64,000 nucleotides of DNA. It comes from Octopus vulgaris (Eukaryota). Below the pieces are notes generated by a model. The model worked only from the letters and a program-made list of their open reading frames with translations, was not told where the DNA came from and searched no databases. The stretch is taken from positions 214,706,001-214,770,000 of the forward strand of contig OX597815.1 of assembly GCA_951406725.2 (NCBI GenBank), read 5' to 3'. Both the position numbers and the translations under genes were made by a program. Positions 49,414 through 61,754 of the stretch are shown here, piece by piece (position 1 is the first letter of the stretch; every line of letters begins with the position of its first letter).

Positions 49414-49992
49414 GAGGAGTAATAGTAAAAGAACACGTGTGTAACTCCCCATTTTGCAGTGGTACTCTTAACTAAGAGAACATTAACTATTTTTGTATAA
49501 GATGGTCATGATGATCATCATCATCTTCAACATTATCTAAGGTTCACGTTTCATGCAGGTATGGACTGGGTGGTTTGAGAGGACTGCATTGTGCTCCAGT
49601 GTCTACTTTGATATGGTTTCTTTGATTAGATGCCCTTCCTAATGCCAACCATTTTACTGTGTATATTGGGTACTTTTTTCATGCTATCAGCTCTGATGAG
49701 GCCATCATGCAGTTTGCAAAATTAATCAATAAAGAGCTTTGATGATTTCTTCGAGCGGTTGAGCAAAGCAATGGTAATATTCACATTCTTGATTGACATT
49801 ATGACTTGTCACTCTGCTCTTTTAAAAACCTATGGAATGAATTAACATAAATCCCTACACAACAAGATTAGTGTCAAGGACAGTATTCAGTAGTGAAGTT
49901 CCTACCTCAAATCTCTGACTAAATTCATACAGCACTGAGAAATAGATGTTAAATGAATGAAGAAATATTTGGTTTAAACATAATAAACATAA

Positions 49993-50395
49993 GCGCAGGT
50001 GTGGCTGTGTGGTAAGTAGCTTGCTTACCAACCACATAGTCTCAGGTTCAGTCCCACTGCGTGGCACCTTGGGCAAATGTCTTCTACTATAGCCTCGGGC
50101 CGACCAAAGACTTGTGAGTGGATTTGGTAGATGGAAACTGAAAGAAGCCCATCATATATATGTGTATATATATGTATATGTGTGCATGTATATGTTTTGT
50201 GTGTCTGTTTGTCCCACCAACATCGCTTGACAACCGATGCTGGTGTGTTTATGTCCCCGTAACTTAGTGGTTCGGCAAAAGAGGCCGATAGAATAAGTAC
50301 TAGGCTTACAAAGAATAAGTTCTGGGGTCGATTTGTTCGACTAAAGGCGGTGCTCCAGCATGGCCACAGTCAAATGACGGAAACAAGTAAAAGAG
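49993..50395 (+). mobile_element. SINE family A, full length
   Basis: Near-consensus. Confidence 0.9.
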
Positions 50396-51286
50396 GTTTG
50401 TTTGAGTATGTTATGTGTGTGTTGATCAAAATTACAAAAGAGAATCTACAGAGGACCATGTTAAAAAAAATTAAAAGCAATATTGTTTTTATGGTACAAT
50501 TAATTCTTATTTAATTATTTACTCAGCTATTTGCAACTTGATAATGTTTGCATACACGATAAACCCAACTTTGAACTATTTTTCAATTGTAAGCTTCTGT
50601 GCTTTTGCTACAGAGACACATTCAACTCTCTCCCTCTCTCTCTCCCTCTCCCTCTCCTCTCTCTCTGTCTATCTATCTGTTTGTCTGTCTGTTTATATAT
50701 TTATCTATCTATCTGTCTATCTTTCTTATTCCTCACTAACACTCAATCTCTCTCTCAGTCAATCCTTTCTGATTCAAAGATTAATTGTTGAACACCTCAT
50801 GTATATGCATGTTTGTGTGTGCATGTGTGTATGTGTGTATGTGCATGTGTGTATGTGTAGGTGTGTGTGCGTTTGTTTGTCAATATAAACAAAGCACTAG
50901 AGGACAATTAATTGGCAGAGAATGTTAACATAATATCACTGATTTCTGCTCAACATTTTCATGTGAGTACATGAACATAAATATTTGCATAAGCACCCAC
51001 AAATATACAATGGGCTTTCATACAGTTTCCCTCTATCAATTTCCCTCACAATAATAGCTTGAGGATACAATTAAAGGCATCTGCCAAGGTGCCACGCTAC
51101 AAGATATAATTTACAGCCACATCGTTATTAAGCAAATATCATATCCACATAGCTATACCTGTGCCTATGCACACACACACACGTGCCTATGCACACACAC
51201 ACATACAATGTACACATACATTCACACATACACAACTCCTAAAGCAAACTTTTGGTCAAAGGTATTCTAGTAATGCCTCTCTCATC

Positions 51287-51885
51287 TTAGTTAGTTAGTT
51301 AGTTAATTTGGCTCAAAAGCAAATAGCAAGGCCATGTAGGGGGACATGGAGTTAAGTACAGGGTGGTGTTCATGTAAAGAGTTCAGGCCACTTGAGGTCC
51401 AGGGAGGTTTTGAACAAAGCGGTCGTTGGCATCTTCACCATCTCGTCTGGCAGCTTGTTCCACGGATCCGCAACCCGGACGGAGAAAGCTCCTCTCCTTC
51501 GATTGAGATGAAATCGTCGCAGGTAGAGCTTTCCGGAATGACCCCACAGCCGACACTCTGGAGCAGGAGTGAAGAACAGCTCTTTCGAGAGGTTACACTT
51601 TCCGCTTATGATGTTGTGGGCGAGAATGAGATCACCACGGCGGCGGCGTTTTTCAAGAGAATAAAGGTCGAGCGTCCTCAGCCATTCTTCGTAGGACAAA
51701 TTTTTGAGACCATGAACCATGCGGGTAGCCAGCTTCTGGACTCTTTCGAGATGCTGTATGTCTTTGAGGAGATAAGGAGAAGAGGCTTGAATCCCATATT
51801 CCAATATGGGTCTCACCAGTGTGACATAGAGTGGTAGGAATATGGCTGCTGTGAGCATTCCGAATGACCGTCGAATCAAGAACAT
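51287..51885 (-). mobile_element. CR1-clade LINE, 5'-truncated young copy
   Basis: Open ORF 51370-51885 LYVTLVRPILEYG..LERVQKLATRMV..LSYEEWL..LYSLEKRRRRGDLI..FSVRVADPWNKLP, short 3' UTR, (CTAA)n tail. Confidence 0.93.
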
Positions 51886-52154
51886 ATCTGCAAGTACATT
51901 ATCAAATGTGACCTATCCTCTTATAAGACAGTCCTTGTACAGAGTGGGGTTTGAGAAATATTTGGTTGCTATTTACAGCTGGTCGAGCGCTTGTATAGAC
52001 AACCTATCATCCAACTTCCAGTTGCATCACATGGTATATTTTTGTGTTGTAGTATCGTTGTTCCTTTTTTAAAAAGACATATCACTCTACCTGTCTTCCT
52101 AAAAACTTTAATGCCTTATTAAGAAATACTATATTGATTGTTTCACCTTAATTA

Positions 52155-52214
52155 CAATGACTAAATTTGTAATAATAATAATGATTGTTTTTCTTTTCTT
52201 TTGTCTTTTTGCAG
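52155..52214 (+). promoter_or_regulatory. strong 3' splice site (branch-point candidate, polypyrimidine tract, CAG)
   Basis: TGACTAAA at ~52158; TTGTTTTTCTTTTCTTTTGTCTTTTTGCAG ending at 52214, in non-repeat sequence. Confidence 0.65.
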
Positions 52215-52260
52215 GTGAGTATTACTAAGTTTCTTCTGTAAGTAATGGCGAATCAGAGCT
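52215..52260 (+). other. candidate 46-nt exon starting with a 5' splice-site motif; contains ATG GCG AAT CAG AGC T (MANQS, phase 1)
   Basis: CAG|GTGAGT at 52215, internal GTAAGT at 52238, GTAATGG start context at 52245, donor GTGAGT at 52261. Confidence 0.55.
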
Positions 52261-52557
52261 GTGAGTAAATCTTATATTTCTTCATATTATTATTATTTCT
52301 TATTATAAGTTGGTGGGCTTGCAGAATTGTTTGCACACTGGACAAATTGCTTTGCAGCATTCCATCCGTCTTTACATTCTGAGTTCAATTCCTGCCACCT
52401 TTCATTCAACCTTTCAGGATCGATCAGCTAAATATATCCCTCAAATCACACTTTGCTATCTTAAAAGAAACACACTGAATTATGTGGTCTCACTTTGTAA
52501 CTTGCAAAACTAAAGGGACACCTCAACTGGGAGGGGGAATAAGTAGTAGAGTCTCTG

Positions 52558-52720
52558 CAGCGTTTCTCAACCGGGGCTCCCCAGAACCCTAGGGTTCCGT
52601 AAAAGATTCCTTGGAGTTCTGCAAGAAAGAGTGAAATAAGCTAATACTAATTTCATGGTCATAATATTACTATTCATGAACAATGTATTGGTTATTGTAA
52701 TATTGTAATAGAGACATCAT
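52558..52720 (+). mobile_element. hAT (Charlie-like) element 5' fragment
   Basis: Starts CAGCGTTTCTCAACCGGGG..CCCTAGGGTTCCG; no partner TIR seen. Confidence 0.55.
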
Positions 52721-52755
52721 CCTGTTTAACCTATTATATTATCAAAAATATATAA

Positions 52756-52794
<39 letters not shown>

Positions 52795-52797
<3 letters not shown>

Positions 52798-53135
52798 CCC
52801 CCTTCGGTTATGACACAGACCATGGGATTGCAGGATTGCACCTAGAAAGTTACCCTCCCAGGCACAAGTCCGGGCAAGGTTGTTTATGGAAGACCAGCAG
52901 TCGCCCATGCATAACGGCCTCCCCTCTCCATGCCACCAGTGTTATCCAAGGGAAAGGCAAAGTGAGAGAAAGTTGTGGTGAAAGAGTCAGCAGAAGTTCA
53001 CCATTACCTTCCGCCAGAGCCGCGTGGAGCTCAGGTGTTTCGCTCATAAACACATACATCGCCTGGTCTGAGATTTGAACCCGCAATCCCTCGACCACGA
53101 GTGTGCTGCTCTAACCACAAGGCCATGTGCCTCCA
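52795..53135 (-). mobile_element. composite family B-related SINE
   Basis: Reverse complement of segments at 34255-34695 and 10330-10480. Confidence 0.75.
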
Positions 53136-53684
53136 CTATGTTGCATTTACTTGAGTAGAGTGCAATCTCAAATATAATGCAACCTCCACCTGTTGTCATT
53201 AAAAGTTGAAAGTCAATGATATAATTTATCTGCTTATATAACGAGACTTTTATTATAAGTGTGTCAACAGGAAATTCTTTCACAACCTGCATTCATACCA
53301 TAATGTAAGATACACATTTGAAACTGTAATCTTTCAAATAAAATAATCACTTTTAAACAATGAAATGTTTAACAACACACACTACCAACATGCTTATAGA
53401 ATTAGCAATTGCCATTGGAGTTATTTGCTAGACAGAGTTTCATAGCCACAGGCAATGACACGATTACATTAGTCAATAGATGTTTTGATCATATCACTTT
53501 CAGTATCTTCATTTCATCACATTTGTTGTTATGCTTACTTTCTTTCTCTTTATTTTCTCTCATTCAATTTTTTACTCTGTTTTTACTTAATTTCTCACAA
53601 TGTACAGAAGTAAATACTGTAGAGCTAAATGAATACGATTTTTATTGAGACGTGGTAATTTGCCTATTATATATAATATATATT

Positions 53685-54009
53685 GTGAAGGTGTGTCACT
53701 TAGTGGTTAGGGCATTCGCCTCATGATTATAAGGTCGTGAGTTCAATTCCCGATGACGCGTTGTGTCCTTGAGCAAGACACTTTACTTTCACGTCGCTCC
53801 ATCCACTCAGCTGGCAAAATGAGTTGTACCTGTATTTCAAAGGGTCAGCCTTGTCACACTCTGTGTCCCACTGTATCTCCCTGAGAACTACGTTAGGGAT
53901 ACACGTGTCTGTGGATTGCTCAGTCACTTGCACGTTAATTTCATGAGAAGGCTGTTCCGTTGATCGTATCAGCTGGGACCCTCGTCGTTGTAACCAATGG
54001 AGTGCTCCC

Positions 54010-54010
<1 letters not shown>
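53685..54010 (+). mobile_element. SINE family B, full length
   Basis: TAGTGGTTAGGGC A-box, GAGTTCAATTCCC B-box, GTGTCCTTGAGCAAGACACTT. Confidence 0.85.
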
Positions 54011-54045
<35 letters not shown>

Positions 54046-54207
54046 ACTCACCCATCAAAGATGACTTATGAGTGTTCAGTCTTTACCAAACAACCTGAAC
54101 AAATGATTTTGTTTATAGTGATCAAATGTTCATGCTGGATGTGGGGGTGGATTAACGTCTTGGATCAATGCTGTCATCACCTTTGATGGGCTGTCTTAAA
54201 CAAGTAA

Positions 54208-54277
<70 letters not shown>

Positions 54278-54886
54278 ACATATATATATATATATATATA
54301 TACTTTATTAATAAAGCTGAAAAGATATTGCAAAAACTGTTACTCAGAGATTCACGTTTCTGTTCATTGGACAGTTTTGGTTTAGAATGTGTATCTATCA
54401 AAGTAATTGTATATTTATACATATAACCATATTTTGTTCCATTCTAAACCAAAACTGTTCGATGAACGGTAATGTGAAACTCTGAGTAACAGATTTTGTG
54501 ATGTCTTATATATATCAGGTACATCCTTATCATAATGCAAAACATTAAAGTTTTTGTGGTTGAGTTTCTGAAATGGCAGTGATGCAGCCAACACATTTTT
54601 CTGTATTCTTTTAATGCAGTAATTCATAGAACTGATTCTCCTTTGCCCCAGCATGGCCGTGGCCTTCGGGCTAAAACCTTTTTAAGGATTTAAGTATAAA
54701 GTGACCTAAAAAAAAAAAAAAAAAACAGAAGTGTTTACTACATAAAGATTTTCATAGATTGGTACACTTGGTGTTACTCTATTTGATATTCAGTACAACT
54801 TGTATTGAGCTCTTTTATGAATCATATATTTTTTAGATTGAGAACTTTACATATATCTGTGAATGTATGTAGGCAAGTGCATGCAC

Positions 54887-54925
<39 letters not shown>

Positions 54926-54929
54926 TATA

Positions 54930-55500
54930 CTCTTTTACTTGTTTCAGTCATGTGACTATCAGTTTCCGTCTACCAAATCCACTCACAAGGCTTTGGTCAG
55001 CCCGAGGCTATAGTAGAAGACACTTGCCCAAGGTGCCATGTAGTGGGACTGAAACCAGAACCATGTGGTTTGTAAGCAAGCTACTTACCACACAGCCACT
55101 CCTATATATATATATATATATATATCTTTTATCTTTTACTTGTTTCAGTCATTAGACTGTGGCCATGCTGAGTCTTGAAGAGTTTTTAGTCAAATGAGTT
55201 GACACCAGTACTTTCTTTTTAAAGCTCTTTTGCTGAGCCACTAATTTATAGGGTTGTGAACACACCAACACTGGTTGTCAATCAGTGGTGGGGAGTGAAC
55301 ACAGACATAAAGACACATACACACGTATATGTATATATACAACAGGCTTCTTTCAGTTTCCATCTACCAAATCAACTCACAAGGCTTTGGTCCGCCCGAG
55401 AGTATAGTAGAAGACATTTTACCAAGGTGCTTCACAGTAGGACTGAACCCAGAACCATGTAGTTGGAAAGCAAACTTCTAACCACACAGTCATGCCTATA
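54930..55500 (-). mobile_element. two tandem family A SINEs (the first internally deleted)
   Basis: Reverse-complement matches at 54930-55105 and 55130-55500. Confidence 0.8.
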
Positions 55501-56299
55501 TGTATCATCATCATCGCTGTCATCATTTAACATCCGTTCTTCATGCTGGCATGGGTTGGATGGTTTGACTTAAGCTGGCAACCTAGAAGACTGCACCAGG
55601 TTTTGGCATGGTTTCTACAGCTGGATACCAACACCATCCACCTTACAAAGTGGACAAGGCTTTTTACATGGTACCAGCACCAATGAGGTCTGTCTTGGCA
55701 TGGTTTTTACAGCCTGACGTCTTTCCAAATTTCAACCACTTTACAGTGTGGACTGGATGCTTTTTACATAGCATCAGCATTAGTGAGGTCACTAGGTAAC
55801 TTGCAAAACAAAGGGGGGAGGGGCATTGGAGGAGGTAACCTTTTGCCAGGTGATGAGAGGTTAGAGTGATACAGAGGGAGAGAAACAGGTGCCTTGCTGT
55901 AGAGGAGATACATAGTTACCCGGTCAGAGGAGAGAGCAAGAAAGAGAGAGAGAGATGGTGGTGAAGTGCCAGGGCATACCCTCAAGGTACAGGGATCAGA
56001 ATATAAGTGGGATGGTAGAGTAAGGATGCATGAGTAGGGAGTAGGCGCTTCATCTGAATGCAAAGAGCAGTAGGTGGGGGAATGCTGTGACTAATGAAAC
56101 CTAGGTATTTAGAGGAGGTAGGAGACAACAGGATAGCAATGATACTGAAGACAGGATTGGGGAGCAATGAAAATGAGGAGATGTGAAAAAGAGAAAAGGA
56201 GGTGTAGTTTAGTCTATCAGGGTAGGATATGTGAAAAGTTTTATTGTTACATGTGGCTTGAACACACAGTGCTTCCAGAATTCAGTTTCACTGAAGTAG

Positions 56300-57870
56300 G
56301 CATCTTCTGAAGAATCCTATGTAACCAGATACCTATATAACCATTGTCATCTCCTCCATGAGGCCCAACATCCTGAAATCAATCCTCACTACTTCATTCC
56401 ATGTCTTCTTGGGTCTCCCCTCGTCTGCAGGTGCCATCCACTTTAAGCCATGCAGCTGTCTTCATTCATACACATCATATGTCCAAACCAACAGTCTTCT
56501 CTCTTGCATGCTGCATCTGATTCCTCTTATGCCCAACTTTTCTCACAGCACATTTGCACTTTGTTGTATATGCACCCTGATGATGCACATCCAATGGACC
56601 CTAACCCCTAATCTATGAATTTCTTCTGCATTCAGAGCTCATGTCTCACTACCATAGAGAATAGTCGTTTGTACACAAGCATCATACAATCTGCTGCTTT
56701 TCAGTCTGAGAGAAAGTCCAGCTCCCTGAACTTCCTCCTTTCTATTCTTATTCTAGCAGCAATACTTTCAGAACATCCTCCTCTATTGCTAATCTGGTCA
56801 TCTAGGTAACTGAAACTATCTACAACCTCAAGAGTTTCCTGGGCATTTCAAAGAGTCTAATTCTTGTGTGTCATATGAAGGTGACTTTTTCTGTTAATCT
56901 ACATCTGATTCTGCTGTACCTCTTATGTGTTCATAGCTTACACTGCATGCAATGGATGGAATTCCTTCCAACTCCTTTCCTGCATATTGAGCAAGTCCAT
57001 TTACTTGAAGGAAATAGAGTTTTATCTCTTTTCTTGCCCATAACAACTTTGATCTTTACCAGGTTAACTTTAAAGCCATTTGATCCCAGGTTTTGGTTCC
57101 ATACCTGGAATTTCTTCTTTGATTCTGCAGATTCTGAAGTAAGAGCAAGGTCATCAGTATATAGTAGTTCCCATGGGTAGCTAGTTTTAAATTCCTCTGT
57201 TATGGCCTGGAGGATTATGGTAAGAGTGGACTAAGAACTGAGCTCTAGTGAACCCCCATTTGTATGCTAAATACATCACTGTATTTGTGGCTGATTTTCA
57301 CCTTACTGACAGCACCACTGAACATAGCTTGTACAACTTTAACAGGCAGCTCATCTACTCCGAACTTCCTTAAAGATCACTAGATAACAGAGCGAAGGAT
57401 TCTGTCAAATGATTTCCAGCTGATAAAAGTCAGGTACAATGTTTACTTTTTGCCAAATACTTCTCCTCCAGTTGTCTCACCAGGAAAATGGCATCTATCA
57501 GATTCTTCCCAGATACAAAAGTGAATTCCATCTCATCTTGCTTAATTCTATTCCTGCTCAATGGAGTTATAACTCTCTCTGTAACTTTCATGACCTGGTA
57601 CTGCAGTTTGATACCTCTGTAGTTATTTCTCTCTAAGGCATCACCTTGCGACAGCTAAATATAATATTACTACCCCAATCATTGGGGTTCATGCCTTCCT
57701 GAATAACCCAATTAACTGTATGAGTGACTAGGCTGTATCTTACACCGCTAATTATCTTAATCATATCGGCAGTGATTCCTCATAGTCCAAGGGTTTTCTT
57801 GGTCTTCATATCCTTAATTGACTTCCCTATTATATTGCTGTCAAATCTAACGGTTGGTCCCCCAGTTAGT
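56300..57870 (-). mobile_element. decayed RTE-clade LINE, RT through C-terminus
   Basis: Minus strand: SIKDMKTKK..GITADMIK..GDALERNNYRGIKL..ELLYTDDLAL..WTCSICRKGVGRNSIHCMQCKL..VVDSFSYLD. Same family as 1-760. Confidence 0.88.
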
Positions 57871-58627
57871 TCAATATTTGAAAGATTCTTCAGTTTCATT
57901 TCGAATCCATAGTGTTGATATATTACCATTATGCATAACTTTAGAATCATTGATATCAAGGTATGACATGTCATATTCATATGTACAATGGACGCAAGAC
58001 CAGACAAGTAGTGTTTCATATTTGGTATTTCTTCAGTATGCGGAGTGACATTTCCTCCCAACTCACACACACATACACAATGGCCTCCTTTCACTTTTCA
58101 TCTACGAAATCCACTCAATAGCTAGAAAGCTGGTTCTTCTGATCACCAGCCAGCCTCAACTTTGAAGCATAAGTAGAGATAACCATAACTATTAATTAAA
58201 CTGAGACAAGTCTCAGTTTAATTATACTATCACTTACTCTGTCTACCTCAGTTACCTCATCTCCTCACTTTTCAGCTAAAATTATGCCTTTGCTAGTCAC
58301 TCCATCACTCCTATCTACTCACTTTTCAGTTAAAAGTCTCCCTAAACTACCCACTCCATCACACCTCTCTACCCAGAACAATTTCAACCTCTGTTTCTTA
58401 ACCATGAGCATTCTAGCAGAGGCTCCCATCCATCATTCTTATTGCACACCACACGTCTACATGACATCACACCAGCATTTCAATAATATCACCAGTCCGT
58501 TTTTGTCATTGTGCCAATATTCATAGTAGTGGAATAGTGATTGTATAGCTCAAAGTAAAAGTGTAAATGCAGTAATAGTGGACATTTTTTTAACACTGTT
58601 ATTTTCCAAATAGTTTCTGTTATTTCT

Positions 58628-58979
58628 TAATACATGTACAGAATGAGGGCAAATAGAATTCTAATGTCCAGGCTAATTCTGGCTCAGATGCTGCTTGTTC
58701 CTGATGCATCAGCATCAAAATTTTTCCTTCTAGTATTCATATATTTATCTTCAAATGTCTTTTGACAAATTCGAGGACGTCATTAGAAAACAGCCAAGTT
58801 AAAGATTCTTCAGTTACATTTAGTATCAATAATGGTGATATAATACCAATGCATAATTTTAAAAGTATTCATATCGAAGTATGTCTTGTCACATTCAAAT
58901 GTACGATGGACACAATGCTGGACAGGTAGAGTTTTATATTTGATATTTCTTCAGTCCGAAGAGTGGCATTTTCTCCCAA
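58628..58979 (-). pseudogene. decayed coding segment for an Ig-like domain with hydrophobic C-terminal tail (one per array unit; others at 57881-58060, 59487-59839, 60348-60699, 61205-61651)
   Basis: Consensus across copies: LGENVTL..(frameshift)..KTLLVWxCVHRTYECDKTYFDINxFKVMHNGNISTLWIRNVTEESLTWLFSDDILEFVKRHLKIK..ADESGTSSI*ASISLDIRILFALILYMY*. Confidence 0.6.
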
Positions 58980-59034
58980 CTCGCACACATATAAACAATA
59001 GTCTTCTTTCAATTTCCATCTACCAAATCCACTC

Positions 59035-59430
59035 ACTGTAAAACTGGTCCTTCTGATGAACTGCCAGCCTCAACTTTGAAGCATAGGCAAAGATAACAGT
59101 AACTATTAATTTATCTTTGATAAGTCTCACTTTAATTACCCTATCACTTACTCTGACTACTTCAGTTACCTTATCTGCTCACTTTTCATCTAAAAGTATA
59201 CCAACACTACTCAAGTTATCACTCTTATCTACCCAGAACAATTTCAACTTCTGTTTCTTAACCATCAGCAATGTAGCAGAGGCAACCATCCATCGTTCTT
59301 ATTGCACACCACATGTCTGCATGGCATCACACCAGCATTTTTCAATAATCTCACCAGTCCTTCCTTTCATTGTGCCAATATCCATGGTTGTTGCACTGTA
59401 ATTGTGTAACTGGGAGTAAGAGTGAGAAGG
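59035..59430 (-). mobile_element. RTE apurinic endonuclease N-terminal fragment (one per unit; also ~58125-58570, 59900-60290, 60755-61150)
   Basis: Minus strand: DIGTMKGRTGEIIE..KLFWV..VGILLDEK*ADKVTEVVRVSDRVIKVRLIK..VTVIFAYA..QKDQFY. Confidence 0.85.
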
Positions 59431-61657
59431 AAGTCATTGTGGACATTTTTATAACACTGCTATTTTCTGAGTTTCTGGTATTTCTTTGTACATGTACAAA
59501 ATGAGATCAAATAGAATTCTAATGTCCAGGGTCATGTTGGCTCAGATGCTGCTTGTTCCAGATTCATCAGCCACAACATTTTTCTTTCTTGTATTCATAT
59601 ATTTTATCTTCAAATGCCTTTTGACAAATTCGAGGATGTCATCAGAAGACTGCAAGTTAAAGATTCTTCAGTTACGTTTCGAATCCATAGCATGGAGATA
59701 TTATTGTTATGCAAATCTTTAAAAGCATTCATATTGAGGTATGTTTTGTTACATTCATATATACGATGGACACAATGCTGGACAGGTAGTGTTTTATATT
59801 TGGTATTTCTGCAGTCCGAAGTGTGACATTTCCACTCAAATTACACACACATCCAAACAATTGTCTCCTTTCATCTTCCATCTACCAAACCACTCACTAG
59901 CTGGAAAGCTGCTCCTTCTAACTACCAGCCAGCCTCAACCCTAAAGCATAAGCAGAAATAACTGTACCTATTAATTTATCTGTTATATGTCTCAGTTTAA
60001 TTATCCTATCACTTACTCTACATGAGTTACATTATCTGCTCACTTTTCAGCTAAAAGTATGCCTATACTACCCACTCCATTACTCCTATCTGCCAAGAAC
60101 AATTTCAACCTTTGTTTCTTAACAATGAGCAATCCAGCAGAGGCTCCCATCACTCTTTCTTATTGCACACCACATGTCTACATGGCATTGCACCAGCATT
60201 TCAATAATCTCACCAGTCTTTCCTTTCATTCTGCCAATATTGATTATAGTGGTACTGTAAATGTGTAGCTGAGAGTAAAAGTGTAAACGCAGTAATAGTG
60301 GACATTTTTTTAACACTGTTATTTTCCAAATAGTTTCTGTTATTTCTTAATACATGTACAGAATGAGGGCAAATAGAATTCTAATGTCCAGGGTCATGTT
60401 GGCTTAGATGCTGCTTGTTCCTGATGCATTAGCATCAAAATTTTTCCTTCTAGTATTCATATATTTATCTTCAAATGTCTTTTGACAAATTCGAGGACGT
60501 CATTAGAAAACAGCCAAGTTAAAGATTCTTCAGTTACATTTAGTATCAATAATGGTGATATAATACCAATGCATAATTTTAAAAGTATTCATATCGAAGT
60601 ATGTCTTGTCACATTCAAATGTACGATGGACACAATGCTGGACAGGTAGAGTTTTATATTTGATATTTCTTCAGTCCGAAGAGTGGCATTTTCTCCCAAC
60701 TCGCACACATATAAACAATAGTCTTCTTTCAATTTCCATCTACCAAATCCACTCACTGTAAAACTGGTCCTTCTGATGAACAGCCAGCCTCAACTTTGAA
60801 GCATAAGCAAAGATAACAGTAACTATTAATTTATCTTTGATAAGTCTCACTTTAATTACCCTATCACTTACTCTGACTACTTCAGTTACCTTATCTGCTC
60901 ACTTTTCATCTAAAAGTATACCAACACTACTCAAGTTATCACTCTTATCTACCCAGAACAATTTCAACTTCTGTTTCTTAACCATCAGCAATGTAGCAGA
61001 GGCAACCATCCATCGTTCTTATTGCACACCACATGTCTGCATGGCATCACACCAGCATTTTTCAATAATCTCACCAGTCCTTCCTTTCATTGTGCCAATA
61101 TCCATGGTAGTGGCACTGTAATTGTGTAGCTGGGAGTAAGAGTGAGAAGGAAGTCATTGTGGACATTTTTATAACACTGCTATTTTCTGAGTTTCTGGTA
61201 TTTCTTAGTACATGTACAAAATGACAGCAAATGGAATTCTAATGTCCAGGCTAATGCTGGCTCAGATGCTGCTTGTTCCAGGTTCATCAGCCTCAAAACT
61301 TTTCTCTGTTATATTCTTATTTTTTTATCTTCAAATGTCTTTTCACAAATTCGAGGATATCATCATAAAACAGCCAAGTTAAAGATATTTCAGTTATATT
61401 TCAAATCCATAGAGTTGACATATTACCATTATGCATAACTTTAAAACATTGATATCGAAGTATGTCTTGTCACATTGCATTTTGGATCTAGATAGTATAG
61501 ATGTTGCCAATATGCATGTCTTTAAAAGTGTTGATACTAAAGCATATCCTGTAACATTCATATTTCTAGTGGCTGCTATGCCAGAAAAGCAGTCATACAC
61601 ATTTGATATTGCCTTATTATAAAGAGTGACATATTCTCCCAAATGAACTGGTCAAAA

Positions 61658-61720
<63 letters not shown>

Positions 61721-61722
61721 TG

Positions 61723-61754
<32 letters not shown>

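Larger units (their letters stand above)
57881..61651. repeat. ~860-bp tandem array (4 full units plus partials) with 1720-bp higher-order duplication
   Basis: The landmark AAAGATTCTTCAGTT occurs at 57881, 58801, 59659, 60521 and 61381. ORFs 59117-59401 and 60837-61121 are identical (offset 1720). Confidence 0.97.

Noticed and set aside
51346-51837. 163-aa plus-strand ORF
   Set aside because: It is the antisense shadow of the CR1 ORF on the minus strand.
59117-59401. Duplicated 94-aa plus-strand ORF (also 60837-61121)
   Set aside because: It is the antisense of the RTE endonuclease fragment; the identity reflects the recent 1720-bp duplication.
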